Position numbers and translations under genes: made by a program
Shown here: piece by piece, positions 1 to 9,420 of the stretch
Numbering within the stretch: the stretch's first letter is position 1
Layout: each line of letters opens with the position of its first letter
Notes under the pieces: generated by a model
The model's database searches: none
Told to the model about the DNA's origin: nothing
What the model saw: the letters and a program-made list of their open reading frames with translations, nothing else
Assembly: GCF_006345805.1 (NCBI RefSeq)
Contig: NW_021825784.1
Span: forward strand, 1-14,581
Origin: Octopus sinensis
Lineage: Eukaryota
Reading direction: 5' to 3'
DNA: 14,581 nt

Positions 1-22
1 AGAGTTAAAACAGACAGATATA

Positions 23-239
23 TATATATACCAATTGAGGACTGAACACGAAAAGTGGACAGTCAGCATGCTAGATATAGACGTCAAATCGCCATCTCCA
101 CAAAAAGATATGTTCTCAGATCAAACTCACCAAGTTTGATCTGAGAAACATAATCTTTTGTGGAGAATGGCGATTTGACGTCTATATCTAGCATGCTGAC
201 TGTCCACTTTTCGTGTTCAGTCCACAATTGGTATATATA
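23..239. mobile_element. Long fold-back palindrome (about 105-bp arms, 5-nt loop), MITE-like element
   Basis: Left arm tatatataccaattg...gatcaaact (23-127), loop cacca (128-132), right arm agtttgatc...caattggtatatata (133-239). The arms are reverse complements apart from one substitution and a few 1-bp indels, and both ends run into TA repeats. The palindrome is seen directly; the MITE identity is inferred. Confidence 0.8.
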
Positions 240-521
240 AAATTTTAATCTTCGGATTATATTTAATTGCTAGACCACTGGTCTTAATTGATAAATATCA
301 ATTTCTACCCTAATTAATATTATATATTATATATAATACATACACACACACTATATCTATATATATATATATATAAGGTTAATCCAAACGGAAAACAGAT
401 AAAACAACAACACGTGGAACAATTAAAGTATTATTATTAGGCGCTCAGGAAAGGAAGGAAGAAGGAGGATATTTATATATATGTATGTATGTATGTGTGT
501 GTGTGTGTGTGTATGTGTGTA

Positions 522-976
522 GGCGCAGGAGTGGCTGTGTGGTAAGTAGCTTGTTTACCAACCACATGGTTCCGGGTACAGTCCCACTGAGTGGCATCTT
601 GGGCAAGTGTCTTCTACTATTGCCTCGGCCGATCAGAGCCCTGTGAGTGGATTTGTTTGATGGAAACTGAAAGAAGCCCGTCGTATATATTTATATATAT
701 ATATGAGTTGTTGTGTGTCTGTGTTGTCCCCCTAGCATTGCTTGACAACCTATTTCTTTATACCACAAGGGGCTAAACACAGAGGGAACAAAACAAGGAC
801 AGACATTGCTTGACAACCGATGTTTACGTCCCCGTTACTTAGCGGTTCGGCAAAACAGACTGATAGAATAAGTACTAGGCTTACAAAGAAAAAGTCCCGG
901 GATCGAGTTGCTCGATTAAAGGCGGTGCTCCAGCTTGGCCGCAGCCAAATGACTGAAACAAGTAAAAGAGTAAAAG
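522..976 (+). mobile_element. tRNA-derived SINE (octopus-type), near full length, with internal (TA)n and a nested insertion
   Basis: Head GGCGCAGGAGTGGCTGTGTGGTAAG has an A-box-like TGGCTGTGTGG and a degenerate B-box GGGTACAGTCCC. A CORE-like CTTGGGCAAGT motif follows, and the 3' end is GACTGAAACAAGTAAAAGAGTAAAAG. Family recognised from memory of octopus SINEs. Confidence 0.85.
751..803 (-). mobile_element. 53-bp retroposed fragment (probable SINE 3' tail) flanked by a 15-bp target-site duplication
   Basis: Perfect direct repeat CATTGCTTGACAACC at 736-750 and 804-818; the host SINE resumes after the second copy. The insert resembles the reverse complement of another octopus SINE tail (from memory). 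Confidence 0.75.
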
Positions 977-996
977 GATATATATATATATTATAT

Positions 997-1042
<46 letters not shown>

Positions 1043-1226
1043 TATACATAAAAAGATAGACAGATAGAGAGAGATGGCTAGATAGATAGGGGAGAGAGTC
1101 AAACAGATATTATATAATATATTATTTATATATATACATAAATAGATATATAATAAAAAGATATACAGATAGAGAGAGAGGTGGCTAGATAGATAGGGGA
1201 TGAAGAGTCAAACAGACATATATTAT

Positions 1227-1263
<37 letters not shown>

Positions 1264-1290
1264 GATAGATAGATAGATTGATAGAGAGAC
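977..1290. repeat. (TA)n and (GATA)n microsatellites with an imperfect about 105-bp tandem duplication
   Basis: (TA)n at about 977-1032. Unit aaatagatata...ggctagatagatagggga...gagtcaaacaga occurs at about 1034-1110 and again at about 1140-1220. (GATA)n at about 1228-1280. Confidence 0.85.
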
Positions 1291-1715
1291 AGTCAGATAT
1301 AGAGAGAGAGGCAGAAAGTGACGTTCCCGGATACACACACACACCACAACATCACACATAAATACACACACACGCACAACATAAACAGGCGTGTATACAC
1401 ACACACAGACACCACCGACACACACCCAGACATCATTCGTCTTATGCGTATACATGTGTAATACTCCACCCTCTCTCTCCCTTCTCTCTCTATAGACGTA
1501 TGTAAATATTCATACACTCTTACATATATAAATATTTACCTGCTTATGTACATACATAAATACATACATATACACACATCCGTTAGTTTTCCTTTCTTTT
1601 TCACGTCCAAATTAATTATAATTCCTAATTAATGACTTAATTGTGAGACCTTTCATGTCATAACATTATTTAATTCATAAAAATGCTGACAAATGTCTCT
1701 TTGATTTTAAATAAA

Positions 1716-1743
1716 GAATTTAGACAAAGATTTGTCTAAATTC
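1716..1743. other. Perfect 13-bp inverted repeat with 2-nt spacer
   Basis: GAATTTAGACAAA-ga-TTTGTCTAAATTC. Confidence 0.85.
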
Positions 1744-1781
1744 CCGCCTTTTTCTCCACGTTTTTTGTCATTCAAATTAGC

Positions 1782-1794
1782 GTTGCTAGGCAAC
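1782..1794. promoter_or_regulatory. RFX X-box-like motif
   Basis: GTTGCTAGGCAAC matches the palindromic RFX X-box type. It lies in unique sequence about 40 bp from an E2F-like TTCCCGCC (1741-1748). Function is not shown. Confidence 0.45.
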
Positions 1795-2859
1795 AGATAG
1801 AAACAATTGAACGGGAAGCGTCAGAAGTTATAGAGAGACTCCAGACTGGGCGGTTTGTGTGATACCAGACCAGAAATATCACCAGACACCCATAAGCATG
1901 GGTTGTCACAAATGGATTTACCCGTTGTCTTTTCTATGTGTGTGCAAGAATCTACGTATAATAATGTATAATTATAGTATATATATCTGAGTTTATATGT
2001 GAATATGCATGTATATATATATTCTGCTTTCCTGGGGTATAATTATGATGTATATTTATATTCCTATATAAATGTATCGGCAATCCTATACAATAGAGTC
2101 GGAAATTATCCAATACCTCAAATATTCCAACATCTTTTGATATTTCTTTTTTAAACTTGTACATATACATGAATAAATGTATACACAAACACACATACAT
2201 ATAGTATATATATACACACCTACATCTCTACAGTTATATATATATATATCCTTTGGCATAACTACAGATGAACACCCCATCGACTTTGTTTCCTCATAAC
2301 TTCCAGGAAAATGGATATTTTTAATGAAACTTCCACTTTCATTTTCTAAGAGAAAAGGATGCTCTCAAAAGAAATCCTCTTTTACAAAGCTCTATTTAAA
2401 TCCCTGTGGATAAATCCCAGCAAGAATCTTCTCAGGCTCTCCAATATTTTACAATTATATAAAGAGAAAGAATCGGGGGCCAGGAAGTGGGCTAAAAATA
2501 ATCAGAGATTTTTAAAATATTCTTTTTATTTTTTATAACATAAATGTGTTTCTGAGGGAAAAAATGAGAAAAAAAAGAAGACAAGGAGGGTGGTGTGCTA
2601 GAAAACAACAGCCAAATCTCCCTTAAATCACACACTTTTCCCTCGAACCTTACAAAACATTTTGCCAACAAATTCTTTTTAATCGTAATCTACATCGTTT
2701 GAAAGTTATTTCTACCAAATTCATTCAAAAATACCCATTTTTATACAAAATACCTTATACACATATATATTTATATACCTACATATACACACATGTCCTT
2801 GCTATGTTTTTTAAACACATAAAACTCATAGATGCATACTTTTATAATATTTTACACTT

Positions 2860-3220
2860 AAACCGCCGGAGGACAATATTTTCGGAGTTGCTTCTTAAAG
2901 TGTCCTTCACTTTTTTTATGACAAACGATACAAATTTCAGAGTATACTGTTAGGCCATCTATAGGACAATATTTGACATGGATGCTTTGAAAATTGTCCT
3001 TCGATTTTTATTTGTGATGAAACAAAAATGTGAAGGTTTTTGTGGCTCTTTCTAGCATGAAATGAGACCATATACAGGTCAATTTTATTTATAAATGCTT
3101 CTTATCTGTCCTTCAAATTTTATATGAAAAATAAAATGGTTTCTATTTCTAGCATGAAAAATGACCTGCTATGGGAAAGCTTTTACTGAATGCTTCTTAA
3201 AGTGTCCTTCTCTTTTTTTA
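2860..3220. repeat. Degenerate tandem array, about four units of about 100 bp
   Basis: Core TGTCCTTC, each preceded by TGCTT and followed by a T-run, at 2901, 2995, 3107 and 3203. TTTCTAGCATGAAA occurs twice and AGGACAATATTT twice. Confidence 0.65.
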
Positions 3221-3228
3221 TGAACCCC

Positions 3229-3253
3229 CAACAACAACAACAACAACAACAAC
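3229..3253. repeat. (CAA)n microsatellite
   Basis: Direct reading. Confidence 0.95.
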
Positions 3254-3383
3254 CCTACGAGGACGAAAGGCAATGTTTGTGCGTGTGTGCAGTTGGAATG
3301 TCACTGCAACAACAACAACAACAATCTATTCTTATTAAACGTTAAAAACTGTCAGATGCAGACTGCACACACGCACACACAAC

Positions 3384-3454
3384 GATGATGATGATGATGA
3401 CGATGGTGAAGATGACGATATAGTGATGGTGATGATGATGATGGTGATTATGAC

Positions 3455-3504
<50 letters not shown>

Positions 3505-3570
3505 CGATGATGATGATGACGACGACGGCGACGGCGACGATGATGATGACGAGGATGGTGGTGGTGATGG
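3384..3570. repeat. Long (GAT)n/(GAC)n/(GGT)n compound microsatellite
   Basis: Direct reading; it explains the spurious poly-Met and poly-Ser ORFs. Confidence 0.95.
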
Positions 3571-3940
3571 TGGCGGCAGTGGTAGTCTGCCTTTTAATGG
3601 AGAATCAATGATTATGAAAGTCTCTGGTTTCAGACCAGACATTCCTATACATACATGCATGCGTATATATATATATATATACACACACAAACATACATAC
3701 ATATAGCCTTATTTCTACACATACATTCCTAAATATGTGTGTATATATATATAAACACATGTACATATACTGTATATAAATATACACACACACACACACA
3801 GAGTGTTGTGGAATGTTACAACAATAATTGTTAGTGTGTAGAATGCAATGTATGCGATGCAGGTTGGATTCCCGGGCGAAGCCATTTATAACAACAATAA
3901 TAAGAAGAAGAAGATTGAAGTTTAATATTTCTGGCAATAT

Positions 3941-4998
3941 TTATTTGTCAAAATAAAAGAAAGCAAAAGATTGACGTCCAGGAATAATTCCAAAAACCAT
4001 CAAAGAATTGTCGGAAACATCCAAACCAAGAACTTCAAAGACTTCATTATCATCCTCAGTGAGGAGTAAATATTTTGGATTATCTTTTAATCCCAGGATT
4101 TCATCATCTTCAGATGTTTCCTCTTCAATATGTCGAGGTATTTCGTAAATATTGTTATTTGAATCTGTTATATAAACACATTCACCAATTATGGTCAGAC
4201 GAGGTCTTGGAATATAATAATGTTGCAGATCATAAATTATTCTTTCTTCTATTCTTATCCTCCTCACCAAAGACTTTTCCCTGAACCATTCCACAAAACA
4301 AAAAACTTTCCAATATCTACACCACTTCTCCTCCATCTCCCACCCTTCAAACTCCTCCCTCCTCACAACAACAATATCACCAAAAGATGTGACTCCCACA
4401 TCATCCAACACCACTTCATGTCTCTCCATCCTTCCCCCTCTCCTCATCTTCCCACGACACACTTCATCTTTACATTTCCCATCTTCGAAATCAACCACAT
4501 CCACATAATAAGGGTCAAAGATGTAGGGGTCATCCCAACAATAGTAATCCTTGTTCTTATTCCATTTCTTTTGTATTTCTTGTGTCTCTCTTCTTGAGTT
4601 ATGTCTCTAATATAATGACCACACACGAGTTGATTGTCGTTGTATTTATTAATCCTGTTGTAGTATTTCTCAGTTCTGATGGTTTTTAAACGACGGAGAT
4701 CCCTGTCGAAGACCCTCATTTCTCTCCCAAAGGCGACAATGAAACATTCCTCTGTCCACCGACATATGTCCAGTGGTGGTCGTTGTTGTTGTTCATGTTG
4801 AAGTATGTCCACTGTTGTTGTTGTTGTTGTTCTGATTAATGTGACACTTTCTCGAAACATCAACACACTCACATTCTCATATAACTTAATTAGTTTACTG
4901 TTCTGGTCCCTAATGTCCCTACAATTATAATCAACAGGTTCCTCGAATGCAGGAATGGAAAAAGGGACCATTGCTGTCCTATATGGAAGTCTCCTCAC
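3941..4998 (-). CDS. C-terminal propeller module of the same gene (two overlapping ORFs, frameshift near 4550)
   Basis: DICRWTEECFIVAF matches DICRWDSNHIGVTLP of the central ORF. Adding one A in an A-run near 4550 gives YKKKWNKNKDYYCWDDPYIFDPYYVDVVDF and joins 4444-4998 to 3941-4504. Confidence 0.85.
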
Positions 4999-7900
4999 TG
5001 ATATTTCATCAATTCCTGAATTATAATCTCCGCTATGTAATTACCACATCTCACCTTTAATCTACCTTTACCAATTATTTCACCTGATTTACCTCTTCTT
5101 CTTCCTCCTCCATCTCCATCTCCTCCTCTGTATTCCAATTTATTAATTAATTCATTACTGAATATTTCTTGTTCGTTTCAGATGTAATGGAAGGGAAACG
5201 AAGACCAGAATCAAGATTTAATGACGACACAGATTCCAGAATGTTCACTTGGTCCCCATCAATCTTTATGCAATGACATTCAATCAATTCATTATGTACA
5301 CACCAGTAAATACCCGCCACTTTTCTCCATATTACACCATAAGGGATGAGACTCGACCAAACTTGAGATGTCTGCAAATCTTCTCCATTCAGTTGAAATA
5401 TTTCTTTCCTTTTAGGAACCGTGGCCATTATGTGTGATTCTTGTGTAAAACACACACCACCAACTAAACTTGCAACATTTCTGTGACATAGCAACTGGCC
5501 GTCTTCATCGAATATTTTAACATTTCCATTATTGGCTTTTTCACACACAACTGTCTTTCCTTCCTCAGAGACATCAAAATCTTTTACTTGAACAGGACAT
5601 TCGTCTGTTTGTAAACGAGCAACCAGGAAGCTGTCTCGATTCACCATAAACAACCCTTCAACATACAATTCATTCTCTCTTCCCAATATCCCAAGGCTTC
5701 CAACAAACCTTGGTCCTTTACTGTCTATACTGAAGAAATATACTTTATCTTTATAAATTCTTTTATTTAAAAATATTCTCTTGTATTCCCCATTCTGGGT
5801 CAAACACAAAATGTTTCGATATCCAGATGGACCTAAATATTTCTCCCACTCACCATAAATGTACAAAAAACTGTCATCAATTGTCATCCTGTCAACACCA
5901 CTAAAATAATCCTTCATGTAGTGTCTGACTGAATGTAAATATTGACCATCACTGTTGAAGAAAATGATGAATTTCCAGTTGAAGACGATGATGACATCTT
6001 CATCAGTAACTTTAATATCCCGGATTATATCAGAACAATTTCCATCTTCGTCTCTTCTTATTAATGGTTCAGGTATGTCTATTTTATTTATTTCCTTCAC
6101 ACTCGAATGTATTTCATCAATATCAACAAAATGCAAATGTCTTCCATCTCTCACTTCACTCAAAACCAGTTGATTGTTTGATAAAGAAGCCACACATTTA
6201 TATTTATTTCTCGTTTCGTAAATTACCAACGACAATGGAAATTCCACTTTTAATGTCAACAGTTGGGATTTATTATAATCATCCCAATTCGTAATGACCA
6301 GTGTGTTTGACTGCCATCGACACATTTTAATATCATAATAAACATTCACTTTGATTGAATCCATAAGGTGACCATCCAATGTGAATATCTTAATGTTTCC
6401 ATTCCCCCTGTCCCATCCTGCAATCAGATTATTTTCAGTAAGAACCAAATGATTAATCCACGCTGGTTCTTTGTCTCCCAAATGTTTAGGGAGAGGAATA
6501 TGTCTGGCTTTATCAGAAACTGTCAGGTCCTGTAGATATAAAGTGGAAGACAACATTTCACTGAGAGAAATGTGTCTGGAAAATACATCCACCAGGTCGA
6601 TATAATAATTAAGTTGATTATTAGTAACGAGATCATTAACCAACAAATTCTGATCGTTTATGGCAAACATACGGCTTCTGTCTATCAGATAAACAGACGT
6701 TTGGTCAATAGATCCACCTTGGAGACTGAGGGGACGTTTCACTTGGGACATTAAAACACTGGGGACCATCTGACGACTGCCATGACCACCACCACCACCT
6801 ATTCTAGTGTTGTACTGAAAAGCTTTTCCCCTAGTAACAATTAATAGCTTTTCTGTTTTCTTGTCTATTGATAATGATTTCACAAACACAGGGATTTTAA
6901 TTGTCTTAATTACTTCGACTTGATTATAATAATTGATGGCTACAATGTCTAAATGTGATGGTTTATCACAATAAAAAACAATTTCACCTTCACCCATCTT
7001 ACACACCCGTACATAAGGCTGCCTTAACGATACACTTCTCACTCTCTTTGATAGGTTTCCGATGACCCTTAATTGTTTCTGTAGGGGTAATGTGACCCCT
7101 ATATGATTAGAATCCCATCGACATATATCTGTGGCTGTAGACGGCAGAGATAATCTGGACACAATGTCTCCTTCCTCAGAAATGTATAACAAGCAATCAT
7201 GCTTGATGTCAGACACCACCAACTGTCCATTGGACAGATTACATATTTCACCAATGACAAGTTTTTGGTCATTCTCCTTTTCTTTGAGACGTAGATTTAG
7301 ATTTCTAATATAAGGATTTTTCGTAGGTAAACAACAGCCAGACGACCGGTCTTGATACTTGTAAAGAAGAACCCTGTTGAGTTGAGTGTCCGGGACATAA
7401 AGAGTTCCTTGGAAAACAGCAATGTGAGGGTGAACAGGGAAAGGCAGTTCCCACTGCCATTTCATTTGTCCATATAGATCGTAACATCTGAGAATAGAGT
7501 GTCTCCTGAAGAGGACATAGAAATAAACATTATCAGAGTAGATGTGATGAGGGTAGCCATAGAATGGAAGGCATTTTTGAAAAAGTTCTTCACCACATGT
7601 GGAATAAAATACCATTTTATTTTCGTTTCCATCTACGACTACAAAATTAATTGGAGTTGCAGCAATGCTGACATTATGATGTCCCAGAGAATTCTTTCTG
7701 CAATGTCAACTTTATCTTTGTGGATCAATAGGATTGGACCTCGCTTTTTGTTTCAGTGGTGGTCACAGCTAAATACTTATTTGATACAATATGACATATT
7801 TTCATGTAACCAGTTTGCACCTTTATTAAGGCCTTTTCTTAGTTCAGGACAAGTGATATACTGAAATCCTTTCATTTCACAATAAAATACCAGGAATCTG

Positions 7901-9395
7901 TTTGCATTTATTCTACAACAGAAAGAAGGAAGCTCAAGGAAAACTGAATTATTTTGGTTAATTATTCCCCGTTATCAGTGAATAATTTAGCTTTCTTGTT
8001 TTTGTAAATTATTAATATAGAAGATGTAGACATAGGTAGAATATTGTAATGTTGTAGCAATCCTCAATATCAATATAGTCTTTTAAACTGGGGGTATGTA
8101 GCTGGTGGTTGTATGACAGTTTGGGCCAAAAGTCTTTATTCATTTGAATACCATGTGGTTTGCCGCAATAATCTGTTACCAAAATGGTATCTTTACCAAC
8201 AAAAATAGAGCGGCATTTCCTGCCAATGTCCCTCCTTGTTACACCACTTTAGCTGAAATCCTATAAATTATTTGTCCCTGGAGGACATAGAAATAATTTT
8301 GGTAGAGAGAGATTTACTTGGGAGGTGCAGAGAATGGGTCTTACCCCATAACTGTTGGCCATCAGTTTGTAACAGATTACTCTGTTGATGCTGGCGAATG
8401 TAATTACAAGTATATTCTGGACCCCTACAGCAATATCTGAAGGGGTTTCTTTGGTAATAAATTGATAGTTAATGGTGTTATCCTTCCAATCAAATTGGTA
8501 AACTGTCTTACCAAACATTTCTACACCTATAAGTGTAGAATCTTCCAAGTAACTCACCATATGTAACCCCAACTTTATCCTTTTGATCTTGAAGGTTTTG
8601 GGCTGATAATAAGATCATTTCTTGGAAGGGGAGGGTTGCCAGAACCATGTCTTCACTGATTCTGGTGAAACTGGTCAAAAGATGGACAATGGATATCAAT
8701 TCTGTGACTGTCTCTTGTTACTAAACTTATTGTCTTTCAGGTGGGATATGTCATCACTCCCTCCTCTATGATGACACTATTGGATATTATTGTCCTTCTT
8801 CAAATTCTTCTCCAGATTCCTCAATTTCTTCTCTGGTCACAACTGGCTGAAGAGGCCGAAATTTTGTGGTTACTTTTGGTGTTCAATGGTCTTGTGGTTG
8901 TATGGGTTACGGTGACATAAATGTCAAAGAGTCTTTGTTGAACCATTCGAGGTCCTGCTCAATAGAAATATTCTTTTCTTTAGTATATTTCAGCAAAATT
9001 CCAAGTCTCTCTTTGACCTTTTCTAAAATACAATTGGCACTTAATCCCAGACTTTCATAATATTGGCTCTCCTTAACTATATGCTCCATAAACTCATGCT
9101 GCAATCATATTGAAGACAAATCCTCGTATTTTAGCAACTATTTGGTTTTCAGTTCTTTTGTGCTTTCTTTGTCTCCATGTGTGTTGAGTCTTGCCACAGA
9201 TATGGCCTTCACTGCTGATTCTCTCTCTGAACTAACACTACAATATCCTTCATCACATCTCCTTGAACCATCATCTTCCTCGTATTTACCCCTTTTATTG
9301 TCTACTCCTTCTTCATCCCCTTTTGGTGTTGAGTAACTCAAAGCCTTTTTCTGAGGGATATGTTTCCTTAAACTATTTTCAGTTTGGTCTTCCAT
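3941..9395 (-). CDS. Large (about 1,800 aa) multi-NHL-like beta-propeller protein, apparently single-exon and frameshifted in this sequence
   Basis: ORFs 9138-9395, 8907-9104, 8508-8699, 8261-8572, 5147-7615, 4444-4998 and 3941-4504 join into one protein once 1-2 bases are restored at each break. NHL-like blades recur (GEICNLSNGQLVVSD, NHLVLTENNLIAGWDRGNGNIKIFTLDG, KDFDVSEEGKTVVCEKANNGNVKIFDEDG, DDVGVTSFGDIVVV). ATG 9395 lies 7 nt downstream of a good splice acceptor; stop TAA at 3941-3943. A recent pseudogene cannot be excluded. Confidence 0.8.
5147..7615 (-). CDS. Uninterrupted 822-aa central part of the propeller gene (about three NHL-like modules)
   Basis: A 2.5-kb open frame in AT-rich DNA with repeated blade motifs. 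The frame stays open upstream of the ATG (..GHHNVSIAATPINFVVVDGNENKMVFY), so 7615 is unlikely to be the true start. Confidence 0.92.
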   Translation of the reverse strand: MVFYSTCGEELFQKCLPFYGYPHHIYSDNVYFYVLFRRHSILRCYDLYGQMKWQWELPFPVHPHIAVFQGTLYVPDTQLNRVLLYKYQDRSSGCCLPTKNPYIRNLNLRLKEKENDQKLVIGEICNLSNGQLVVSDIKHDCLLYISEEGDIVSRLSLPSTATDICRWDSNHIGVTLPLQKQLRVIGNLSKRVRSVSLRQPYVRVCKMGEGEIVFYCDKPSHLDIVAINYYNQVEVIKTIKIPVFVKSLSIDKKTEKLLIVTRGKAFQYNTRIGGGGGHGSRQMVPSVLMSQVKRPLSLQGGSIDQTSVYLIDRSRMFAINDQNLLVNDLVTNNQLNYYIDLVDVFSRHISLSEMLSSTLYLQDLTVSDKARHIPLPKHLGDKEPAWINHLVLTENNLIAGWDRGNGNIKIFTLDGHLMDSIKVNVYYDIKMCRWQSNTLVITNWDDYNKSQLLTLKVEFPLSLVIYETRNKYKCVASLSNNQLVLSEVRDGRHLHFVDIDEIHSSVKEINKIDIPEPLIRRDEDGNCSDIIRDIKVTDEDVIIVFNWKFIIFFNSDGQYLHSVRHYMKDYFSGVDRMTIDDSFLYIYGEWEKYLGPSGYRNILCLTQNGEYKRIFLNKRIYKDKVYFFSIDSKGPRFVGSLGILGRENELYVEGLFMVNRDSFLVARLQTDECPVQVKDFDVSEEGKTVVCEKANNGNVKIFDEDGQLLCHRNVASLVGGVCFTQESHIMATVPKRKEIFQLNGEDLQTSQVWSSLIPYGVIWRKVAGIYWCVHNELIECHCIKIDGDQVNILESVSSLNLDSGLRFPSITSETNKKYSVMN

Positions 9396-9402
9396 AGTGA
9401 AT

Positions 9403-9420
9403 CTGTAAAGAAATATAAGG
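9403..9420 (-). other. Splice acceptor in front of the giant exon
   Basis: Minus strand ccttatatttctttacAG|ATTCACTATGGAAGAC: polypyrimidine tract plus CAG at the point where coding-like sequence ends. Confidence 0.65.

Noticed and set aside
522-600. tRNA-like A/B boxes as a real tRNA gene
   Set aside because: Degenerate B-box, no clean cloverleaf, and the sequence continues into SINE body
591-1517. Several 60-110-aa ORFs rich in YIYI, CVCV and LSIY
   Set aside because: They run through SINE sequence and TA/CA/GATA repeats; no protein-like content
3423-3702. Poly-Met and poly-Ser ORFs
   Set aside because: Translations of the (GAT)n microsatellite
3940-3945. AATAAA overlapping the stop codon on the minus strand
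   Set aside because: The hexamer is common in AT-rich DNA and nothing supports a cleavage site here
7615-7615. ATG of the 822-aa ORF as gene start
   Set aside because: The frame and blade motif continue upstream and homologous modules extend to about 8700
4075-7864. Plus-strand ORFs (4075, 4220, 5249, 5955, 6064, 6572, 7131, 7499)
   Set aside because: Antisense shadows of the minus-strand propeller gene
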